Shown here one piece after another: positions 25,907-36,457 of a stretch of DNA of 64,000 bases. The DNA comes from a virus. Each line of letters opens with the position of its first letter. Position 1 is the stretch's first letter. The notes beneath the pieces were generated by a model that worked only from the letters and a program-made list of their open reading frames with translations, did no database searches and was not told the origin of the DNA. The stretch lies in the UHGV virus genome UHGV-1430915; one strand, given 5' to 3'. The position numbers and the translations under genes are program-made.

Positions 25907-26713
25907 TTGAGCAAGAAAGAGTCCAACGACAAATATTACACAGACCCCGAGTATGCAGAATATCTTGTTGGTAAAGTAAAAGGTAAGTATGGGAATTGTG
26001 CATACGTTGAGCCTTCTGCTGGAAAGGGTTCTTTTTCAAAACTATTTTCAGAGATACTGTCGTATGATTTGGTACCAGACCCTGAATTTGAAGGCCCAAC
26101 CCCGTGTATTAAGGCAAACTTCTTAGAGGTGTATCCCAAGGCCGATGTATTCATAGGTAATCCTCCATTCGGCAAAAATTCGTCTTTAGCTTGCAAGTTC
26201 TTTAACCACTGTGCATCATTGCTAGAGCCTGGTGGAGCTATAGCCTTCATCTTGCCACGGACTTTTGAAAAAATATTTTTTGCAAACAAACTGGACATGT
26301 CGATGCACCTTATTTACAGTGAAAGGTGCCCCAAGAACTCGTTTTTACTTAACGGCAAACCTTATGACGTGCCATGTGTTTTCCAAATTTGGGAGAAAAA
26401 GGTGTGCAGTAGGGATCCTGTAGAGATCGGGGAGAATAAGTTATTTTCTTTTGGCACACCGAATGATTATGACTTCTGTATAAGACGTGTTGGGTATAAT
26501 GCTGGGAAAGTATTGGGAGATGATGACCCAAAATCTGAAGAATCAACATATTTCATAAAATCTTTAGTTGATGGTATTGACAGAGTGTTTGTTGAGTGCT
26601 ATTCTTCTTTTCAAGAAGAAGCAGGTAAGACTGCTGGAATGAAGAGTATAGGCAAGAAAGAACTACAATACATTTTGGAGACCAGGTATGATCAAAAGCA
26701 TAGACTTGACTAA
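25907..26713 (+). CDS. DNA methyltransferase (N6-adenine or N4-cytosine), probable TTG start
   Basis: motif I VEPSAGKGSF, motif IV FIGNPPFG; track start 25877 lies in terminator hairpin, so in-frame TTG 25907 after GGAGG proposed. Confidence 0.6.
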   Translation: MSKKESNDKYYTDPEYAEYLVGKVKGKYGNCAYVEPSAGKGSFSKLFSEILSYDLVPDPEFEGPTPCIKANFLEVYPKADVFIGNPPFGKNSSLACKFFNHCASLLEPGGAIAFILPRTFEKIFFANKLDMSMHLIYSERCPKNSFLLNGKPYDVPCVFQIWEKKVCSRDPVEIGENKLFSFGTPNDYDFCIRRVGYNAGKVLGDDDPKSEESTYFIKSLVDGIDRVFVECYSSFQEEAGKTAGMKSIGKKELQYILETRYDQKHRLD

Positions 26714-27146
26714 AGAGCTTTCCGATGCAAAAGCTTTTGGTGAGACAGCCGTGCAAAGGGGGCAGGCTATGGGGCTGGCACTACCTTTTGTCTTAAAAGA
26801 GCATTTTACAGATTTTCAGCTTATCCGGGGTGAAAAGGGTATGCTTATTCTGGAACATAAGCTGAGTAAGAAACGTTATAAAGTTGTTTTTAATTCTAAA
26901 GCTCCAACAAAACTTGGATTCAGAACTTACAATCTCAACCCTTCTTATACTAAGGGTGTTGGAAGAGTGGAGCAGCAGCATTTCAGTGCTAGAGCTTCTT
27001 TAGCACCTTTGATGGTAAATTTCTCAGGTGTGGCTTTAGGATACCTAGATAAGAAAAGAGTTCTTCATGTTCGTTTTACAGACTTTATAACGCTTTTAGC
27101 TAACAACGAAGTAGATGAAAAGGGACGTGTAAAAACAAACTTCTAA
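26688..27146 (+). CDS. hypothetical protein
   Basis: 152-aa ORF. Confidence 0.5.
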   Translation: MIKSIDLTKELSDAKAFGETAVQRGQAMGLALPFVLKEHFTDFQLIRGEKGMLILEHKLSKKRYKVVFNSKAPTKLGFRTYNLNPSYTKGVGRVEQQHFSARASLAPLMVNFSGVALGYLDKKRVLHVRFTDFITLLANNEVDEKGRVKTNF

Positions 27147-27161
27147 TAACGTGCAGTATGA

Positions 27162-27365
27162 TTGGAGACCGCAATGACACCAGAGTTAACAATTCCAGAC
27201 AGCTTTTCAGAAAGATTTATCCCAGAAATGATGAAGAAGATGCGATCACTGCTTGATCAGATTGAGGAGGCTGTTTGGGAAGACGATGCTGTAGTAGCTA
27301 ACGAGCTGGTAGATAAGTGTAAAAGTATTATTGATGCAGTTGAAGAATACCACGGAGGTTTTTAA
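27162..27365 (+). CDS. hypothetical protein
   Basis: 67-aa acidic ORF with RBS. Confidence 0.5.
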   Translation: METAMTPELTIPDSFSERFIPEMMKKMRSLLDQIEEAVWEDDAVVANELVDKCKSIIDAVEEYHGGF

Positions 27366-27967
27366 TGGATATTATTGTTCTTAATGCTCCACCAAGTTCT
27401 GGAAAAGACCATATCGCAGATCTTTTGTTGGAAGCCATTCCAAACTCGCATCACCGAGAGGTAAAGGAAATGCTATTCAGTGTGGCAATTAAGGCAGCTG
27501 GTATTTCACCGCAGTTGTGGAATGCACTCTATGATCGCCGCTACAAAGAAGAACCGTGCCCGTTCTTAATGATAGACGGCAAGCATGTTTCTCCGCGAGA
27601 ATGGATGATCCATTGTAGTGAAAATCTGATTAAACCTATCTTTGGTGAAGACGCTTTCGGTAAGGCCGCAGTCGCATCCTTGAAGAAAGATTTCCCTGAA
27701 GGTAAAGGGGTTGTTGTTTACTCCGATGGTGGCTTCAAAGAGGAGCTGGCATGCCTTGGCGAGTACGCATACAGCACAGGTGGCGATCTTCTACTGTTCC
27801 GTATCCACCGTGCAGGATATGATTGGGGAAATGATTCCAGAACTTACCTTAGCCTAGAGAAGAACGGGATAAAAGGTATCGAGTTTGATGTTGTTAACCC
27901 TGAGGGGTCTCCTTGGGAGTGCGCATCTGAGATTGTGTGCAAGTATATTGATGCTAAAGAGGTCTGA
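27365..27967 (+). CDS. dNMP kinase-like protein
   Basis: N-terminal P-loop-like NAPPSSGKDHIADL resembles T4 gp1 SG.KRSGKD. Confidence 0.45.
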   Translation: MDIIVLNAPPSSGKDHIADLLLEAIPNSHHREVKEMLFSVAIKAAGISPQLWNALYDRRYKEEPCPFLMIDGKHVSPREWMIHCSENLIKPIFGEDAFGKAAVASLKKDFPEGKGVVVYSDGGFKEELACLGEYAYSTGGDLLLFRIHRAGYDWGNDSRTYLSLEKNGIKGIEFDVVNPEGSPWECASEIVCKYIDAKEV

Positions 27968-27972
27968 GAACA

Positions 27973-28566
27973 ATGCTGATCGGAATTGATGTAGATTTAA
28001 CACTGGTAGACTCAGGAACAGCATGGTGGGAGTGGCTAGAGCGTTTATATGGTCCAGCCAGCAAGACAGTCGCTAAACCTTCTAACGGACTGATGTATTA
28101 CGATCTGTCAAAGTATTGGCCTGATCGCCCCAAAGAAAACATCATAGGGCCTTTTGATTTCTGGAGTGACCCGTTCCTCTACGACTTTCTTAAGCCTGAA
28201 GAGGGGGCTATTGAGGTTATGAAAGATTTGGTGGCTCGTGGTCACAAGCTTGCATTTATCTCTGTATGCAAGAAAGGTCACCTTGCATCTAAATCAAGGT
28301 TCTTAAAGCGTTGGACCAGCGATTTTATGGATCTTGACGATCACACCCAGGGCCACGGCTTCTATGCCACACATTTCAAAGGTAATGTGGCTGTAGATGT
28401 TATAATTGACGACAGGCATGAATACCTGAACCAATTCGCTTCACGCCCTGAAGTTATTAAAATCTTAAAAGACACTCCTTATGAGCAATTCGAGGAGTTG
28501 AAGGTCAGTGTTGACTATACCACCAATAGTTGGTATAAAATAGGAAAGTTTTTAGAAGGTATTTGA
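27973..28566 (+). CDS. HAD-superfamily phosphatase (possible 5'-deoxyribonucleotidase)
   Basis: motif I IGIDVDLTLVD (DxDxT), motif IV-like VIIDDR. Confidence 0.45.
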   Translation: MLIGIDVDLTLVDSGTAWWEWLERLYGPASKTVAKPSNGLMYYDLSKYWPDRPKENIIGPFDFWSDPFLYDFLKPEEGAIEVMKDLVARGHKLAFISVCKKGHLASKSRFLKRWTSDFMDLDDHTQGHGFYATHFKGNVAVDVIIDDRHEYLNQFASRPEVIKILKDTPYEQFEELKVSVDYTTNSWYKIGKFLEGI

Positions 28567-28567
28567 A

Positions 28568-28768
28568 ATGGGCAGATGTTCTAAAGGTGGCGATCCTGTA
28601 GTCAGATACGGTGACTGGCTAGAGGTATATGATCTTGGAGGTAAGCTAGTGTATGCCTCTAGGATCACCCAAGACATGTGCTCTGATATGTTTAACAGAT
28701 ACCTTGCATTTAAGGCCAACATAAACCCAGACGAAATTTCCAAAATTAAAACAAGGAGAGCTAAATAA
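28568..28768 (+). CDS. hypothetical protein
   Basis: 66-aa ORF. Confidence 0.45.
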   Translation: MGRCSKGGDPVVRYGDWLEVYDLGGKLVYASRITQDMCSDMFNRYLAFKANINPDEISKIKTRRAK

Positions 28769-29751
28769 TGCTAAAACTGTGCACTGCAAAGATTATTGCC
28801 GACAGTATTTCCGAGAAAGGTAAGCGTATCACCACTTTTGAGCTAGAGTATCCTCGAATTATTCACTCAGAGCTTATGACACATCGAGTGTTCAGCCGAA
28901 ACGCCATGTCTTCTCGTGCAGTTCCTGTCGGTAAGATGCTGCAGCAGATCGTGGAGAATCCGGCAATGCCAGTTCGCTTCGGTGTAAATAAGCGAGGGAT
29001 GGAAGATGGTGGGGAACACGATCAAAAGATCCGTGTAGAGTATACCGACATGGAGTTAACTCCTGAAGAGTTTTGGAAAGAAGCTGCAAAAAACGCCGCG
29101 TGGCATGCAGAGAAGTTCGCCCTTGCTGGTTACCATAAGCAGGTATGTAATCGCTTAGTGGAGCCGTTTCAGCGCATGAAAACAGTTGTAACAAGCACCG
29201 AGTGGAATAATTTTTTCCACCTGCGTTGCTGGCACGATGCTGATCCTACGATTCAGATGCTGGCTAATTGTATGTGGGATGCTCTTATGAATAGCACTCC
29301 TGAAACCCTTAAACCGGGTCAATGGCACACCCCATATGTAGAGCACGTTTATTTGGACGGTGAGTTTAACTACGCTGTACGTGACACAGAAGGGAAGCTA
29401 TGCATTCTCGATACTAAAGAAGCCCTATCTATTAGTGCTAGTTGCTGTGCACAAGTATCTTATCGAAATATTGACAGCACGTTTGAAAAGGCAGACAGTG
29501 TGGCTAAAAAATTGATTGGCGGGGATCGTATTCATGCAAGCCCTTACGAGCACCAGGCAACACCTATGGATCACGATAACGCAATGGAACGTTTAAACTA
29601 CTACCTGTCTTCATGTGAAATCACACAGGACAGCTGTGTTTGGCAGGAAGGTGTAACCCATCAAGACCGTGATGGTAAATTCTGGTCTGCCAACTTTTGT
29701 GGGTGGGTTCAGCACAGACAGCTGCTTAATAACCACTTCATGAAAGGTTAA
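28768..29751 (+). CDS. thyX: flavin-dependent thymidylate synthase
   Basis: ELMTHRVFSRNAMSSR resembles ThyX signature (RHR-x7-S; first R replaced by T); 327 aa. Confidence 0.6.
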   Translation: MLKLCTAKIIADSISEKGKRITTFELEYPRIIHSELMTHRVFSRNAMSSRAVPVGKMLQQIVENPAMPVRFGVNKRGMEDGGEHDQKIRVEYTDMELTPEEFWKEAAKNAAWHAEKFALAGYHKQVCNRLVEPFQRMKTVVTSTEWNNFFHLRCWHDADPTIQMLANCMWDALMNSTPETLKPGQWHTPYVEHVYLDGEFNYAVRDTEGKLCILDTKEALSISASCCAQVSYRNIDSTFEKADSVAKKLIGGDRIHASPYEHQATPMDHDNAMERLNYYLSSCEITQDSCVWQEGVTHQDRDGKFWSANFCGWVQHRQLLNNHFMKG

Positions 29752-29780
29752 TCCTATCACAGCGATAGGTAACTTTTGTG

Positions 29781-29809
29781 TTGACTAATAGTATTAGATA
29801 ATCTATAAT
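29781..29809 (+). promoter_or_regulatory. sigma70-like promoter
   Basis: TTGACT-17 nt-TATAAT. Confidence 0.65.
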
Positions 29810-29837
29810 AATGGCTCACTTTGTTGGTGAGCCAGAA

Positions 29838-30311
29838 ATGGAGACAGGTATGAGTAATGTTATGATTCCTAAAAAGACATTTATTTCAGTTACTTTAGAT
29901 TTCCTATCTACTGTTCCCGGATTTAACGTTCGCACACGAAACGGTCTCCGAGCTGCACTCTTTGCTGTAGGGTTTGATTTAAAAAATATTGATGTTCTTC
30001 GTGGAAAAAACGTTCGATGCAAAAATAAGCCAACACATTATAGAAAGGCAGATGTATTTGCTGGTGTCATGCGTGCAGACTTTAGATACCCGCAAATGTA
30101 TAACGGTGTAGATATTTTAGATGTAGATAAAGCACCCGATGAGGCAATGCTTGTTCAAGATCTTCCCTATGATATCCCTGTAGAAGATCGTGTTAATGTA
30201 AGAAAGTATACAAAACAATCTGAAAAGGCTGAAGATATTCATATTGTTGATGAACCTTTCAATTTTGAAGATCTGCATCGCCTGGAAAAATTATTCGGTA
30301 TTGAAAGCTAA
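29838..30311 (+). CDS. hypothetical protein
   Basis: start moved downstream of promoter to ATG 29838 (alternative 29850). Confidence 0.5.
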   Translation: METGMSNVMIPKKTFISVTLDFLSTVPGFNVRTRNGLRAALFAVGFDLKNIDVLRGKNVRCKNKPTHYRKADVFAGVMRADFRYPQMYNGVDILDVDKAPDEAMLVQDLPYDIPVEDRVNVRKYTKQSEKAEDIHIVDEPFNFEDLHRLEKLFGIES

Positions 30312-30321
30312 GGTGGTGAAG

Positions 30322-30552
30322 ATGAGTCATAACTCCAAGTGGAAGGATCTTGGTTTTGCAAGTCGGGCAGAATATGTTGGTTGGCTTTGGTTCAACGGTC
30401 TGACAAACGATATTAAAATGTATGATGATGTTTACTATGACGAGTATACAGGTAAAATTATAAATATCTCTGTAGAAGAGGATACCTTTGTCCAGCAAGA
30501 TACTGATACCTGCCTTGATAAATACGTTGATGAAGTGGAGGAAGCAAATTGA
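30322..30552 (+). CDS. hypothetical protein
   Basis: start at ATG 30322 after AGGTGG RBS; stop overlaps nrdA start. Confidence 0.5.
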   Translation: MSHNSKWKDLGFASRAEYVGWLWFNGLTNDIKMYDDVYYDEYTGKIINISVEEDTFVQQDTDTCLDKYVDEVEEAN

Positions 30553-32864
30553 TCACCAAGGTAATTAAAAGCAACGGATGTGAAGTGGCATTCGATCCAG
30601 AACGTTTAAATAAGGCGGCTATTTTCGGTGACGACGGTAACGGCAATTGGTCACATATTGCACTGGATGCATACAAGCGGCTGTATGATGGATGTACAAC
30701 CAAAGAAGTTAACCAAGCTATTATAGACTCTTGTGTTAGCCGTAAAGACGAAGCACATTCCCGTATGGCTGGTCGTGTTCTTATTGGTCAGATTTATAAA
30801 GAGGCTTTTGGAGGGTTTACAAAGATCCCTTCCTTACCATCATTTTACAATACCATGGTTGAGAAAGGGTATTGGGAGGATATGGGTTATAGCTTTACCG
30901 AGCTAAACACTTTAGACGCTGTTATTGACCACAGTAAAGATCTCGGTTATGGCTATGCAGTCCTTAAACAGTTTCGAGACAAATACGGGATCAAGGATAC
31001 TCTTAAAGACACCCTGTTCGAATCTCCACAGATGATGTTTATGGGGATAGCGATGGCTGTCATGAAAAATATGCCGAAAGAACGCCGTATTGACGATGTT
31101 GTAAAATTATACACTTATCTGTCAGACTTAAAGATCAATGCCCCGACACCGTACTTAAACGGGCTGCGCACAGGCAAGACAGGGTATGCATCTTGTTGTG
31201 TAATAAAAGCTGACGATACAGCAAAATCTATTGGTGTGGCACGTGAAGTTGCATACACAATGACGGTTAACCAAGCAGGTATTGGCTACTATTTATCATC
31301 AAGATCTGCAGGTGATGGTGTTCGTGGTAACACTATTAAACATATGGGCAAGATTCCATATTATCGAGGTATTGATGCTGGGGTTAAGGAGAACAGACAA
31401 CAATCACGTGGCGGTTCTGCAACAGTATCATTCCTTGCACTGGACCCGCAGATTGATGAGCTAATCCGTTTGAGAAACCCTATGACTGTTGCTTCAAAAA
31501 GAATCAACACCATGGACTACTCTATAGGTATTAATAGGTCGTTTATCAACCGTGTGGCTAAAAATTTAGATTGGATGCTTGTTTCTTATAAGCACGCGCC
31601 TCAACTGCATGAAGGTATCTTCACCATGTCTATGGAGGAGTTTGATGCCGAGGTTGATCGTATCGCTAAAGATGACAGTATTCCTAAAACATGGATCCGA
31701 GCTAGAGATCTTGCTGTTGAGCTGATCACGCAGCGCACCGAGGTTGGAAGGTTGTACGTATACTGGACAGATGAGATGAATAGACATACACCTTTTAAAG
31801 ATGTGATCTATTCAAGTAACCTGTGTGCAGAAATAGCCCTCCCGACAAAAGGCTATTCAGATATGCGTAATATCTTCAAGTACGATGTTGATGATGGCGA
31901 AGTTGCATTGTGCTTCCTGTCATCTCTTGTAGCTGGAAGGGTTACCCCAGAGGAGTATGAGGATGTTGCATACTACACGGTGCTTATGATTGACAATGTT
32001 ATGGAAATCATGACATATCCGTATGAAAATATGGAGAGCACTGTTAAAAAACGCAGATCCATCGGGGTTGGCCTTACCAATGTTGCACATTTTATTGCCA
32101 GCCACAAGGTTGCTTACGGGTCTCCTGAAAGTAAACAGCTTGTTCACGATCTTGCAGAGCTCCACAGCTACAGCTTGCATAAGGCAAGTTTACGATTGGC
32201 AAAAGAGCGGGGTGTCTGTGAGTGGATGCATAAAACAAAATACCCGGAGGGTTGGTTACCAATCGACACTTATAACAAAGAGGTCGATAGTGTGGTGAAA
32301 GATCCTTCTCTTAAGCAGGATTGGGAAGGGTTACGTAAAGAAATCATTGAAAATGGTGGGCTACGTAATAGCGTTCTTGAAGCATATATGCCTAATGAAA
32401 GCTCTTCGCTGGCAACAAACACCACTAACGGGGTTTATCCTGTCCGTGAGCACATTATCTTTAAAAAGTCGCCACAAGGGCAGGTGCTGTTTATCGTTCC
32501 TGAATATGATGAACTGAAAGAGTATTATACCTCTGCCTGGGACGTTGATACTAACGACATGATTGATATGTATGCTGTGATTCAAAAATTCACAGGACAG
32601 GCAATTAGTGCTGACCTATATATTGATTACACCAAGTTGAAAGATGGTAAAATTTCAATGAAGGAGCAGCTGGGGTATCTTATCCGTGCTACTAAATTCG
32701 GGATGAAGACATGGTATTACTTAAACTCTCGGGTTGGTGCTGGTGACTCTTTGACAGAGGAGCTTCACGCGAAGAAACAGGCTGAAGATGAAACCAGAAA
32801 GAACTATCCTTTGATTGCAGATAGTTCAGTTGAAGATCCATATTGCGAAAGTTGTGCACTGTAA
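30549..32864 (+). CDS. nrdA: ribonucleotide reductase class Ia alpha subunit
   Basis: 771 aa; N-terminal ATP-cone-like region; active-site SSNLCAEIALP; C-terminal CESCAL. Confidence 0.9.
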   Translation: MITKVIKSNGCEVAFDPERLNKAAIFGDDGNGNWSHIALDAYKRLYDGCTTKEVNQAIIDSCVSRKDEAHSRMAGRVLIGQIYKEAFGGFTKIPSLPSFYNTMVEKGYWEDMGYSFTELNTLDAVIDHSKDLGYGYAVLKQFRDKYGIKDTLKDTLFESPQMMFMGIAMAVMKNMPKERRIDDVVKLYTYLSDLKINAPTPYLNGLRTGKTGYASCCVIKADDTAKSIGVAREVAYTMTVNQAGIGYYLSSRSAGDGVRGNTIKHMGKIPYYRGIDAGVKENRQQSRGGSATVSFLALDPQIDELIRLRNPMTVASKRINTMDYSIGINRSFINRVAKNLDWMLVSYKHAPQLHEGIFTMSMEEFDAEVDRIAKDDSIPKTWIRARDLAVELITQRTEVGRLYVYWTDEMNRHTPFKDVIYSSNLCAEIALPTKGYSDMRNIFKYDVDDGEVALCFLSSLVAGRVTPEEYEDVAYYTVLMIDNVMEIMTYPYENMESTVKKRRSIGVGLTNVAHFIASHKVAYGSPESKQLVHDLAELHSYSLHKASLRLAKERGVCEWMHKTKYPEGWLPIDTYNKEVDSVVKDPSLKQDWEGLRKEIIENGGLRNSVLEAYMPNESSSLATNTTNGVYPVREHIIFKKSPQGQVLFIVPEYDELKEYYTSAWDVDTNDMIDMYAVIQKFTGQAISADLYIDYTKLKDGKISMKEQLGYLIRATKFGMKTWYYLNSRVGAGDSLTEELHAKKQAEDETRKNYPLIADSSVEDPYCESCAL

Positions 32865-32872
32865 TTTAAAAA

Positions 32873-32892
32873 GGGGCTTCGGCCCCATTTTA
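32873..32892 (+). terminator. weak terminator or attenuator between nrdA and nrdB
   Basis: GGGGC-ttcg-GCCCC followed by ATTTTAG. Confidence 0.35.
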
Positions 32893-32903
32893 GAGGTAGA
32901 ATA

Positions 32904-33992
32904 ATGGCTGTATTTAATACTGAGAACACTGCTCATAAAACTGGTGATTATCCGCTGTTTTTAGGACAGCAGATGGGGATGTACGACTCTATTAACAAAA
33001 AGTACCCACAGCTGTTTGAACTATACAAAAAACAAAAAGAACAAGATTGGGCAGAGGACGAAGTAGATTTGTCACAGTCTATTTCGGATTTCGTAACATG
33101 CTCAAAGTCAACTTACGATGTGATGGTGCAGACACTTATGTGGCAATGGGAGGCAGACAGTGTTGCAGCAAGATCTATCATTTGTCTGTTTTCACCATTT
33201 ATCACCAATAGTGAACTTTTCACCTTGTTGATGAAGCAGTCTGAGATTGAGGTTCTTCATGCATTAACTTACTCAGAGATTGTTAGACAATGCCTTCCTA
33301 ATGCTCGTGAGATTATAGAAGAGATTCAGGAAAACCAGAACGTGCTGAGCAGATCTGGAGTTATTGTCAAATATATGCAAGAGCTTGAGGTTATTGGTGC
33401 AAAATACCGACTGGATCCTTCCAGTGTTGAAGAGGATGTTGTACGGAAATGTATCCTTAGAGCACTTTTTGCACTTTTAGCTCTAGAAAGTATTGAGTTT
33501 ATTGCAAGTTTTGCATGTACGTTCGCAGTAGCTGAGCAAGGTATTTTTGTTCAAGTTGCACAACTCGTTCAAAAAATTATGCTTGATGAAATGCTGCATT
33601 CGAAAGGCGATTTTGCTATCATCGATATCCTGCTTGATGATCCTGCATGGGAGCAAAGCTTTCTTGAGATTAAGGGTGAGTTAAAAGAAATTCTTGACGA
33701 AGTGCGAATCAAGGAGTACGGTTGGAGTGACTATATTTTCAGCGAAGGAAGAGCAATTATAGGTCTTAACTCACCATTACTTAAAGAATGGGTTGACTAT
33801 AACTGCTCACCGATTTATGATTACTACAACATCGACAAAGACTTTGTGCCGCCAACAAAGGACCCGTTACCGTTTATGCAGGTGTGGATGAAACCTTCAC
33901 TGCAACAGACGGCTAACCAGGAAATGTCTAACACCGACTACCGCGTCAACACAACTGTTAATGACGCTGAAGAAGAAATTTGGGAGTTTTAA
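32904..33992 (+). CDS. nrdB: ribonucleotide reductase class Ia beta subunit
   Basis: 362 aa directly after nrdA; ferritin-like helical protein of expected size. Confidence 0.8.
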   Translation: MAVFNTENTAHKTGDYPLFLGQQMGMYDSINKKYPQLFELYKKQKEQDWAEDEVDLSQSISDFVTCSKSTYDVMVQTLMWQWEADSVAARSIICLFSPFITNSELFTLLMKQSEIEVLHALTYSEIVRQCLPNAREIIEEIQENQNVLSRSGVIVKYMQELEVIGAKYRLDPSSVEEDVVRKCILRALFALLALESIEFIASFACTFAVAEQGIFVQVAQLVQKIMLDEMLHSKGDFAIIDILLDDPAWEQSFLEIKGELKEILDEVRIKEYGWSDYIFSEGRAIIGLNSPLLKEWVDYNCSPIYDYYNIDKDFVPPTKDPLPFMQVWMKPSLQQTANQEMSNTDYRVNTTVNDAEEEIWEF

Positions 33993-33995
33993 TAT

Positions 33996-34274
33996 ATGAG
34001 TTGTGAAAAATCTTTTTTCATTATCATCTACGGTAAGGATAACTGCCCACATTGTGTAAGAGCAAAAGAATTTGCAGTAAGCAAAGGTATACCTTTCGTA
34101 TACAAGACGCTCGGTGAAGGATACACAAAAGAAGAGCTTATTGAGAAGTGTAGTCCATTTGTTCCCAGAACGTTGCCTCAGATCTTCTTGGAAAGCAACC
34201 TTGATAGTGTCCACATAGGTGGTGCTGACGATTTCATCTCTTTTGTTAAGAATGGTCTTGGAGAGAAAAAGTGA
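33996..34274 (+). CDS. glutaredoxin-like redoxin (NrdC/NrdH-like)
   Basis: 92 aa with CPHC active site near N-terminus; between nrdB and nrdD. Confidence 0.65.
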   Translation: MSCEKSFFIIIYGKDNCPHCVRAKEFAVSKGIPFVYKTLGEGYTKEELIEKCSPFVPRTLPQIFLESNLDSVHIGGADDFISFVKNGLGEKK

Positions 34275-36394
34275 AAGTTGTAAAACGGGACGGCAGAGAA
34301 GAGGTCTATAACGGAGTTAAGGTAATCAAGGCGGCAGAGTCCGCCTTACTTGAGTCTGGGCATACTGAAGAAGAAGCTTACCGGATCGCTTGTGCGGTTA
34401 ATGAAGTTGTTGCCAACAATCTACCAACCGACCAGTGCACGATCTCTGTAAAAAATATCCATATCCTTGTTGAAGATGCTCTTATGGATATGGGTTTAAA
34501 ATGTGCAGCCAGAGAATATATCCAGTATAGACAGACAAGAGATAATAACAGAGAGGCAGGTGGAAAACTGCTTGCAGATATTAGTGGCTTCTTGGATCGA
34601 ACTTGTGATGAATTTACAAAAGAAAACGCAAATAAGCCCACTAATCATGTACATACTCATCGTGACCTGCTTGCAGGTATCCTTAGCAAACACCTTGCAT
34701 CAACACAGATACTGCCAGATCGTGTCTCCGAAGAGCACAACAAGGGATTCATCCATGTGCATGATCTTGACTATCTGATCAGTCCGTTAACAAACTGCTG
34801 TTTGGTGAATTATCCGGATATGCTGGAAAACGGATTCAACATTGGCAACGCCCATGTCAGTAAGCCGAAGTCAATAGGGGTTGCAACAACAATCCTCAGC
34901 CAAATCTCTAGTGCAGTAGCTAGTGCTCAATATGGTGGTCAGACCATGAGCCATATTGATCATTATCTGGCGCAGTATGCTGAAGCAACCTATGAGAAGA
35001 ATCTTAAATTTTGTCAGGAACATTGGTTGCCGGATGCTGAGACTGTTGCAATGCAAATGACGGATAAAGACGTGTTTGATAGTATGCAAACTTTGCTATA
35101 CCAAATCAATACGTTAACTTCTGTCAACGGGCAAACTCCATTCATCACATTAAGTTTAGGACTGGATACCTCAATCTTTGGTAGAATGATTACCAAAAAC
35201 TACCTGAAAGTCCACAAAATGGGTCTTGGTGAAGAACGTATCACACCTGTGTTCCCTAAGGTGTTGTTCTTCCTGGAGGAGGGTATCAACATGAACCCCG
35301 AGGATCCTAACTATGATTTGAAACGATTAGCTCTGGAATGCTCTGCAGAGCGGATTTATCCTGACTTCGTATCTGTACCACTAAATAGAAAAGTGACAGG
35401 TTCAACAGAAGGTAATGTCACAAGCATGGGTTGCCGGAGTTTTCTTAGCAAATACAATGACTTGGAAACAGGAGAGGAGAAATACCTTGGCAGATTTAAC
35501 TTAGGTGTTGTTAGCCTTAACCTACCAATGATTGCAGCCAAAGCTAAAACGGAAGGTGTTGATTTCTTTGCAGTTCTTGACGAGTACTTGGATCTGGCCT
35601 ACGAGGCTCACCTTGTAAGGGTTAACCGTCTAAAAGGAACAAAGGCAGGGCAGAACCCCATCATGTGGTGTGAAGGAGCCCTTGCTCGCCTGGATCCTGA
35701 AGAGAGTATTGATAAACTCTTCTATGACGGGTATGCTTCCATAAGTATTGGATATATTGGTGTGTATGAAACCTGCCAGATTTTAGGCAGAGAGGGAGAC
35801 AAGTCCTTAGCTCTTGGGATCCTTCAGCACATGAAAGACGCTTGTGATCGGTACAAAAAAGAAAGTGGTCTGGCATTCAGCTTGTACGGCACTCCTTCAG
35901 AGAGCTTGTGCTATAAGGCTGCAACATGTCTAGATCGTGAATATCCTGAAGTGTTGAAGCACGAGCACGAATACCTTACCAACAGTTTCCACCAGCCCGT
36001 GTGGATCAATAGTTCACCTTTTGACAAGTGGAAGTATGAGGAAGGTTTTGCTATGATCTCTTCTGGCGGCAACATTGGATACATAGAAACACCTAACCTG
36101 AAAAACAACCTGGATGCTTTGGAAGCCCTTGTCGATTTCGGGTATAAACACATTATGTATTTTGGTATTAACCAACCTGTGGATAAATGCCTTAAGTGTG
36201 GATTCTCTGGTGAGTTCAGTGCAACAGCTAAAGGCTTTGTATGCCCAGAGTGTGGAAACCATGAAGAAGGAACGATCAGCGTGATTAGACGTGTATCTGG
36301 GTATTTGTCTAGTCCAAACTCCCGTCCTTACAACAAAGGTAAGCAAGCGGAAGTTATAGAACGGGTTAAGCACTACGGAAGTTGTGGTTGCTGA
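34271..36394 (+). CDS. nrdD: anaerobic ribonucleoside-triphosphate reductase
   Basis: 707 aa; C-terminal glycyl-radical motif RVSGY and zinc ribbon CLKCG...CPECG. Confidence 0.9.
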   Translation: MKVVKRDGREEVYNGVKVIKAAESALLESGHTEEEAYRIACAVNEVVANNLPTDQCTISVKNIHILVEDALMDMGLKCAAREYIQYRQTRDNNREAGGKLLADISGFLDRTCDEFTKENANKPTNHVHTHRDLLAGILSKHLASTQILPDRVSEEHNKGFIHVHDLDYLISPLTNCCLVNYPDMLENGFNIGNAHVSKPKSIGVATTILSQISSAVASAQYGGQTMSHIDHYLAQYAEATYEKNLKFCQEHWLPDAETVAMQMTDKDVFDSMQTLLYQINTLTSVNGQTPFITLSLGLDTSIFGRMITKNYLKVHKMGLGEERITPVFPKVLFFLEEGINMNPEDPNYDLKRLALECSAERIYPDFVSVPLNRKVTGSTEGNVTSMGCRSFLSKYNDLETGEEKYLGRFNLGVVSLNLPMIAAKAKTEGVDFFAVLDEYLDLAYEAHLVRVNRLKGTKAGQNPIMWCEGALARLDPEESIDKLFYDGYASISIGYIGVYETCQILGREGDKSLALGILQHMKDACDRYKKESGLAFSLYGTPSESLCYKAATCLDREYPEVLKHEHEYLTNSFHQPVWINSSPFDKWKYEEGFAMISSGGNIGYIETPNLKNNLDALEALVDFGYKHIMYFGINQPVDKCLKCGFSGEFSATAKGFVCPECGNHEEGTISVIRRVSGYLSSPNSRPYNKGKQAEVIERVKHYGSCGC

Positions 36395-36457
36395 TACTTG
36401 ACAAAAGCCACAAGGATGTGGCATATTGTTATCACACAGTAAACTAGGAGGTGCAGT

